Assembly: GCF_006345805.1 (NCBI RefSeq)
Contig: NW_021833064.1
Span: 83,508-147,507 of the forward strand
Reading direction: 5' to 3'
DNA length: 64,000 nucleotides
Source of the DNA: Octopus sinensis
Lineage: Eukaryota
Part shown: piece by piece, positions 62,932 through 64,000 of the stretch
Position numbering within the stretch: the stretch's first letter is position 1
Layout: the number at the start of each line of letters is the position of its first letter
Notes under the pieces: model-generated
The model's input: only the letters and a program-made list of their open reading frames with translations
The model's database searches: none
Told to the model about the DNA's origin: nothing
Made by a program: the position numbers and the translations under genes

Positions 62932-63530
62932 ATGTTTACAGTGAGGTGTGTTAAATGGGAGGATCTTTTCAAGATAAATAACATGTATATTTATACGCTA
63001 ATTTAAGCAATCTCGATTCCTTCACCGAAAATGTAGACCCCCTTGTAATGGCCTAGTTTGACATATCCTTCTACATGCTCTACTTTTGCCTCTACCCAAA
63101 CTATTTCCTAGTTGTCGAAAATATGTCCGGCCAAATCGTCGGGTACGTGATAGGCAAGGACGAGGGGGATTCCGACTACCACGGACACGTGACTGCCATT
63201 TCCGTGGACCCAGAATACCGAAAATGCGGAATTGCCAAGAAATTGATGAAATATTTGGAGGATATATCCGCAGAGTTGTCCCAATCTAATAACATGCAGG
63301 AAGGGGTGCCAGTTTGTCGACTTGTATGTAAGAAAGTCCAATCTAGTGGCCCGTGCGATGTACGAGAAGTTGGGGTACGTTATTTACAGGACTGTGACTG
63401 ATTATTATACTGACGAGGATGCCTTGGGTTTATTGTGGCAATTCATTTAGACATGAGGAAGGCCTTGGTCGACGATCCCCGACTTTTGATTGCTCCAAAG
63501 GCTGTGATTTTCCCTGAGGAGATCGAATAG
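62932..63530 (+). CDS. NAA20: NAA20, copy B
   Basis: Same length (599 bp) and intron structure as copy A; changes include NLDP>NLDS and KHL>KYL. Confidence 0.92.
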
Positions 63531-64000
63531 CAATCGGCAGGTGTCTCTTGGGGTGTTTTGGGGTTGCAAATTCTTTTTATTATTTTTCTTTTCCTCAAAT
63601 TTGGCCCTGGATTTAACACCATTTATCTTATTATTTGTTGTTTTATGATTAAATATATTTGGTTTTGATAATAAATTTGTGAGATTTTGACCGCACATAA
63701 CCTGGGACTGTATTTTATATTTTTTTCAAAATATGAGAATTTAATCACATTGATCTGGCTAGTCTAATTAATTGCAGATCCTATGACTAGAATACTTTGC
63801 CATTTGTAACTCAGTTTATTTTTTTAATTAATACTTTTCAATCCCTAAGCACTTGTCTGACGTGGATAAAATATTAATTGCTGAAGATTTAAGGAACGGA
63901 CTGTCTCAAAGACTTATTGCCGTGAAATACAAGATTTGAAATCGGCGGTGCAAAAAATACATTCAAAAATACAAAATAATGAATCTCTGTCAAGAAGAAT

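Larger units (their letters stand above)
59930..64000 (+). repeat. Segmental duplicate of 42334-45829; runs off the window end
   Basis: Collinear from ATGTAGGGGACTGTCCCC to AAGAAGAAT, with scattered substitutions and a private ~540-bp insertion. Confidence 0.95.

Noticed and set aside
1-64000. tRNA, rRNA, snRNA or spliced-leader genes; telomeric repeats
   Set aside because: None recognised by eye. The (TAAC)n and (TAAA)n runs are LINE tails. A covariance-model scan could still find small RNAs.

Overview
AT-rich, transposon-dense eukaryotic DNA, not prokaryotic. About 13 compact host genes carry very short GT-AG introns (21-27 nt where I could place both ends): MRPS14, a Rab11-like GTPase, ATG7, a TMEM201/Ima1-like gene, CYP51, a PHKG-like kinase, MEX3, a CTR copper transporter, RSPH14, MED19, NAA20 (two copies) and a PIG-T-like gene. 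MEX3 points to an animal, RSPH14 to motile cilia and MRPS14 to mitochondrial translation. Together with the micro-introns this best fits a reduced ciliated animal such as a dicyemid; this is inference and untested. The genes sit among Tc1, pogo/Tigger, hAT and Helitron elements, an intron-containing integrase, and about 13 fragments of CRE-type RLE retrotransposons. There are also RTE-type and Ingi/Vingi-like LINEs. The strongest signal is a full-length 3.3 kb LINE (52364-55648). Its first 71 nt fold by eye into an HDV-like ribozyme with the start codon inside it, followed by a 63-aa leader ending in a 2A/StopGo motif (GDVEQNPGP) fused to APE-RT. Other notable structures are a 93-bp x ~18 satellite apparently amplified from Helitron helicase coding sequence, a reconstructable nested hAT>Tigger/Tigger/Helitron stack, and a >=3.5 kb segmental duplication carrying NAA20. 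Some frameshifts may be long-read indel errors. All family assignments are from motif recognition; no searches were run.
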